From UHGV virus genome UHGV-0246749: a DNA stretch of 19,123 bases. One strand, 5' to 3'. Position numbers and translations under genes: made by a program. The notes under the pieces were generated by a model that did no database searches, was not told the DNA's origin, and saw nothing but the letters and a program-made list of their open reading frames with translations. Origin of the DNA: a virus. Positions within the stretch are counted from its first letter, which is position 1; each line of letters opens with the position of its first letter. Shown in pieces: positions 15,684-19,123 of the stretch.

Positions 15684-17080
15684 CCAGCCAGAACACCCCG
15701 GCATGGCGTAACGATGACCTGGAAGGCGCTGTCATCGGTGCGTTTTTTCTGCGTGGGGCCGATCCGGAAGTGATGGATATTCTGGCCACACTTCCGGCGG
15801 ATGTATTTTTTGTGCGTCAGTACCGGGATATTTACGCGGGGATTTGCAGACAGGCTCGCATATCCGGCGTCATTGACCCCGTACTGCTGTGCAATGAGAT
15901 GCCGGAACTTGCCCCGGTGATTACCGACACCGGACGCAAAACCTGGGTGAAGTCTTCACTGGAGCACTATGTCGCAGCGTTGCGGCGCAATGCCGCACTG
16001 CGCGATGCAGAAAAAACACTGACTGAAGCATTACAGAATTTACGTGATGCGTATACCTGTGAAGCAGCCGAGGATGCCCTGAAGGATGTGCAGAACATGA
16101 TGGCCTCACTGTCGACCGGAAAGGGCGTCATTCAGCCGGTTCACATTGATGATGTCCTTCCGGAAGTGGTCGACCGTGTTGAATGCCGCAATCAGGGACT
16201 GGAGAAATCCAGGGCGCTGATGACCGGTATTGATGAACTGGACGCAAAAACGGGCGGTATGGAGCCCGGTGACTTGGTATTCATTGCCGCCCGTCCTTCG
16301 ATGGGGAAAACCGAACTTGCGCTGGACATCATCGACAAGGTGACTGAGCAGGGGCATGGCGTGCTTCTGTTCACCATGGAGATGGCGAACATCCAGATTG
16401 GTGAACGTATGGTGTCTGCTGCCGGTGGAATGCCGGTATCCCGTCTTAAGTCTGTTGCCCGTTTTGAAGATGAAGACTGGGCGCGTTTCTCGCAGGGCGT
16501 GGGACGAATGACGGGGCGTAATATCTGGATGGTGGATCAGGCAAACCTGACCATTGATGAGATATGTGCAACCACGAAGCACCACCGGATGAAACACCCG
16601 GAAACGGCGCTGGTGGTGGTCGATTACCTCGGTCTGATTAAAACCCGCAGCACGGGGCGTCACGACCTTGCTGTGGGGGAAATCTCAAAGGGACTTAAAA
16701 GCCTGGCAAAATCCGGCGGTTTCCCGCTGATTGCTCTGAGCCAGCTCTCCCGAGGCGTGGAATCCAGACCCAATAAACGTCCCATGAACTCAGACCTGAA
16801 AAACTCCGGGGAAATAGAGGCTGATGCCGACATCATTCTGATGCTTTACAGGGATGAGGTGTATAACCCGGATACACAGGCCAGAGGCATAGCAGAAATC
16901 AACATCACGAAACAGCGTAATGGCACACTCGGGACCATTTACCGGCGTTTTCATAACGGACATTTTCTGCCTGTGGACCAGGAGAGTGCCCGGGTTCTTT
17001 CCACACCCATGACGCCGGGCAATCCGCGCAGATACAGCAATAACCGCATGTCGGGCAGTAAAACGGAGCGTTTATTTTGA
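15680..17080 (+). CDS. DnaB-family replicative DNA helicase
   Basis: 466 aa; Walker A-like 'ARPSMGKTELAL', 'LVVVDYLGLI', 'IALSQLSR' and 'ILMLYRDEVY' fit DnaB helicase motifs. Confidence 0.9.
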   Translation: MTSQNTPAWRNDDLEGAVIGAFFLRGADPEVMDILATLPADVFFVRQYRDIYAGICRQARISGVIDPVLLCNEMPELAPVITDTGRKTWVKSSLEHYVAALRRNAALRDAEKTLTEALQNLRDAYTCEAAEDALKDVQNMMASLSTGKGVIQPVHIDDVLPEVVDRVECRNQGLEKSRALMTGIDELDAKTGGMEPGDLVFIAARPSMGKTELALDIIDKVTEQGHGVLLFTMEMANIQIGERMVSAAGGMPVSRLKSVARFEDEDWARFSQGVGRMTGRNIWMVDQANLTIDEICATTKHHRMKHPETALVVVDYLGLIKTRSTGRHDLAVGEISKGLKSLAKSGGFPLIALSQLSRGVESRPNKRPMNSDLKNSGEIEADADIILMLYRDEVYNPDTQARGIAEINITKQRNGTLGTIYRRFHNGHFLPVDQESARVLSTPMTPGNPRRYSNNRMSGSKTERLF

Positions 17081-17334
17081 ACAACAGAACAATCACTGTT
17101 TCACCGGAACAACTTCGTCGGCAGGCGCAGGAGATGCTTCGTTGTGCTGAACAGATGGAAAAAACGAGCGTGAAAAAAGATACGCTCCGCAAGCAGCTTA
17201 CTCCGGCGCTTCGTGATCTGCTGCAGGCAAAACACCGCACACAAAAGGCGGTGGATGAGCTGGTGGATTGCGTGGCGGAACTGGAAGGACAGGTAAGCCA
17301 GTTTGAAACGCTGGTGAAGGAGTTTACTGCGTGA
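17077..17334 (+). CDS. Hypothetical protein (85 aa), predicted coiled coil; TTG start
   Basis: TTGA overlap with the helicase stop; no ATG near the 5' end. Confidence 0.4.
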   Translation: MNNRTITVSPEQLRRQAQEMLRCAEQMEKTSVKKDTLRKQLTPALRDLLQAKHRTQKAVDELVDCVAELEGQVSQFETLVKEFTA

Positions 17335-17380
17335 TGGCTGAATTTTTTTCTCCTGCGTTCATGCAATACCGTTCGCTGAG

Positions 17381-18376
17381 GTGACCGTGAGAGCACTGCT
17401 GACCCCTGAAATTGCCCCGCGTATGGGGATCGTCTTGTTCAGACCCGGTTCAGAGCTGATGCCCCTGTTTATGCAGGGGCGTGTCCTGCTGGAGCCTGAG
17501 CCGGAACGTTATTCATCTTTTGCCAGTGGTGCCGTTCCGGCAGCATCACAACCGCTGGCGGATGATCCTGCCGTTCGGGCCGTGTTCCGCCATGAGGCGG
17601 TGATCCGTCGTGCTGGTGGCGTGGAATGCCTTGAGAGCTGGTTACTTCGTGAAAAAGGCTGCCAGTGGCCTCATTCCGGATGGCACAGCGAGAACATGAC
17701 CACAATGCGACACGCGCCGGGCGCAATCCGTCTGTGCTGGCACTGCGATAACCTGCTTCGCGATCAGTTCACGGAACGTCTGGAATCAATGGCAACGGAT
17801 AACTGTGCCCGCTGGGTGTTGTCCGTAGTCCGTCGTGATCTCGGTTTTGATGACAGCCACGTTGTGACAATGCCGGAACTGTGCTGGTGGCTGGTTCGTA
17901 ATGACCTGGCGGATGCCTTACCGGAAAGTGCAGCCCGTAAGGCACTGAGATTACCGAAGCCTGTTGTGCCGTCTGTCACCCGGGAAAGTGACCTTGTGCC
18001 TTCGGTTCCTGCCACCAGCATCATCCGGGATAAGGCGAAAAAGGTGCTGGCGCTGAAAGTGGATCCGGAGTCGCCGGAGTCTTTTATGTTACGCCCCAAA
18101 CGTCGTCGCTGGGTTAATGAAAAGTACACGCGCTGGGTTAAGACGCAGCCGTGTGCATGTTGTGGTAAGCCAGCCGACGATCCTCATCACCTGATTGGTC
18201 ATGGTTAGGGTGGAATGGGTACAAAAGCGCATGACCTTTTTGTGTTGCCTTTGTGCAGAAAACACCATGACGGACTGCATGCGGATACCGTGGCATTTGA
18301 AGAGAAGTATGGTTCCCAACTGGAGCTGATATTTCGTTTTATCGATCGCGCGCTGGCGATTGGTGTGCTGTCCTGA
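17381..18376 (+). pseudogene. DUF968-like protein with HNH-like C-terminal motif, interrupted by an in-frame TAG at 18206-18208
   Basis: Frame reads '...PHHLIGHG' TAG 'GGMGTKAHDLFVLPLCRKHHDGLHADTVAF...' and continues 55 more codons to a TGA at 18374-18376; the stop splits what looks like a single conserved His/Cys motif. Confidence 0.55.
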
Positions 18377-18393
18377 TTTTGTGGAGAAAGTTG

Positions 18394-18777
18394 ATGCGTG
18401 ATATTCAGATGGTTCTCGAACGCTGGGGAGCATGGGCGGCAAATAATCATGAGGATGTGACCTGGTCGTCCATTGCTGCCGGTTTTAAGGGATTAATTCC
18501 TTCAAAAGTAAAATCTCGCCCGCAATGTTGTGACGATGACGCGATGATCATTTGCGGGTGCATGGCCCGTCTGAAAAAGAACAACAGCGATTTACACGAT
18601 TTATTAGTAGATTATTATGTATGTGGTATGACATTCATGTCACTGGCAAGTAAGCATTGCTGCTCGGATGGTTATATCGGGAAAAGGTTACAGAAGGCTG
18701 AGGGCATAATTGAAGGGATGTTAATGGCATTAGATATCCGGTTAGATATGGATATCGTTGCTAATAATTCTAATTGA
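18394..18777 (+). CDS. Q: Late-gene antiterminator Q (the type I associate with 933W-like phages)
   Basis: '[33 protein letters not shown]...' as I remember that Q family; ATG at 18394 after GGAGA (track start is a TTG at 18379); followed by a leader and strong terminator. Confidence 0.75.
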   Translation: MRDIQMVLERWGAWAANNHEDVTWSSIAAGFKGLIPSKVKSRPQCCDDDAMIICGCMARLKKNNSDLHDLLVDYYVCGMTFMSLASKHCCSDGYIGKRLQKAEGIIEGMLMALDIRLDMDIVANNSN

Positions 18778-18913
18778 TATGCAATTGTTTACTAAAAGTT
18801 ATTAAAAATGGGGCGTGGAAACGCCCCCAAATAAAGGGTAATATATAACAGAAGGTTTATATAGTAAGAAGCAAGGTAGTGCTTCTAAAGGAAGTGGCTT
18901 GAGGGCTCCACTT

Positions 18914-18953
18914 ATATGTTGCGGAGGCAAAGCCTCCCGCAACATATCTTTTT
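18914..18953 (+). terminator. Strong intrinsic terminator (tR'-like) downstream of Q
   Basis: About 14-bp stem 'atatgttgcggagg' / 'cctcccgcaacatat' with one bulged C, loop 'caaag', then 'ctttttcg'. Confidence 0.7.
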
Positions 18954-18964
18954 CGTAAGTCAGA

Positions 18965-19123
18965 TTAGAACTGATAAACCAGACCTACAGCGACGATGTC
19001 GTCGGTATCAATACCAGCTGTTTTGGTAAACTTACTATCGTCAATTAAGTTGATTTTGTAATCAACAAAAGTGGACATGTTTTTATTAAAGTAGTAAGTA
19101 GCACCGACATCGACATACTTGAC
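18965..19123 (-). CDS. 3' end of an OmpC/NmpC-like outer-membrane porin gene (partial; start lies beyond the window)
   Basis: My own minus-strand translation: ...[52 protein letters not shown]; the ending 'GLVYQF' is the typical porin C-terminal strand. Not in the ORF track because no start is in the window. Confidence 0.8.
   Translation of the reverse strand, partial: VKYVDVGATYYFNKNMSTFVDYKINLIDDSKFTKTAGIDTDDIVAVGLVYQF

Noticed and set aside
16106-17396. Minus-strand ORFs of 185 and 163 aa (16106-16663, 16905-17396)
   Set aside because: Antisense to the DnaB-like helicase, which has clear conserved motifs; His/Arg/Cys-rich composition typical of antisense frames.
17469-18450. Minus-strand ORFs of 85, 121, 117 and 81 aa antisense to the DUF968 and Q genes
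   Set aside because: Shadow frames of plus-strand genes that carry recognisable motifs.
18778-18964. Possible tRNA or stx genes downstream of Q
   Set aside because: Only 187 bp separate Q from the porin gene end; no cloverleaf or T-loop motif found by eye, and no ORFs resembling toxin subunits.
1-19123. CRISPR array or other long tandem repeats
   Set aside because: No regularly spaced direct repeats of 24-40 bp were seen; the only tandem repeat is the short 12-bp unit in the initiator gene.

Overview
The window reads as three parts. (1) Positions 1-3000: the AT-rich end of an integrative element, with two unrecognised forward genes converging on a large serine recombinase (1377-2900, minus). 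(2) Positions 3002-3430: an internal fragment of a DUF72 (YecE-like) host gene that appears cut at both ends. (3) Positions 3430-19123: the left ~15.7 kb of a lambdoid prophage, running attL, tyrosine integrase, excisionase, a leftward early operon of small accessory genes (including two Ea22-like paralogs), an immunity region (LexA/S24-type CI repressor flanked by repeated 12-mer operators), two Rha-family regulator genes, a replication module (O-like initiator, DnaC-like loader, DnaB-like helicase), a DUF968 gene broken by an in-frame amber codon, a Q antiterminator, a strong late-leader terminator, and the 3' end of a convergent porin gene. No CRISPR array, rRNA or convincing tRNA was seen, and no stx genes lie in the window. 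The best candidates for an undescribed system are the genes in the slot next to the repressor (9313-10310) and the tightly coupled small-gene cluster at 8349-9234; neither has a domain I can recognise beyond one HTH. All calls come from reading the ORF translations and the DNA by eye; no homology search was run, so family names are recollection of motifs and should be checked.
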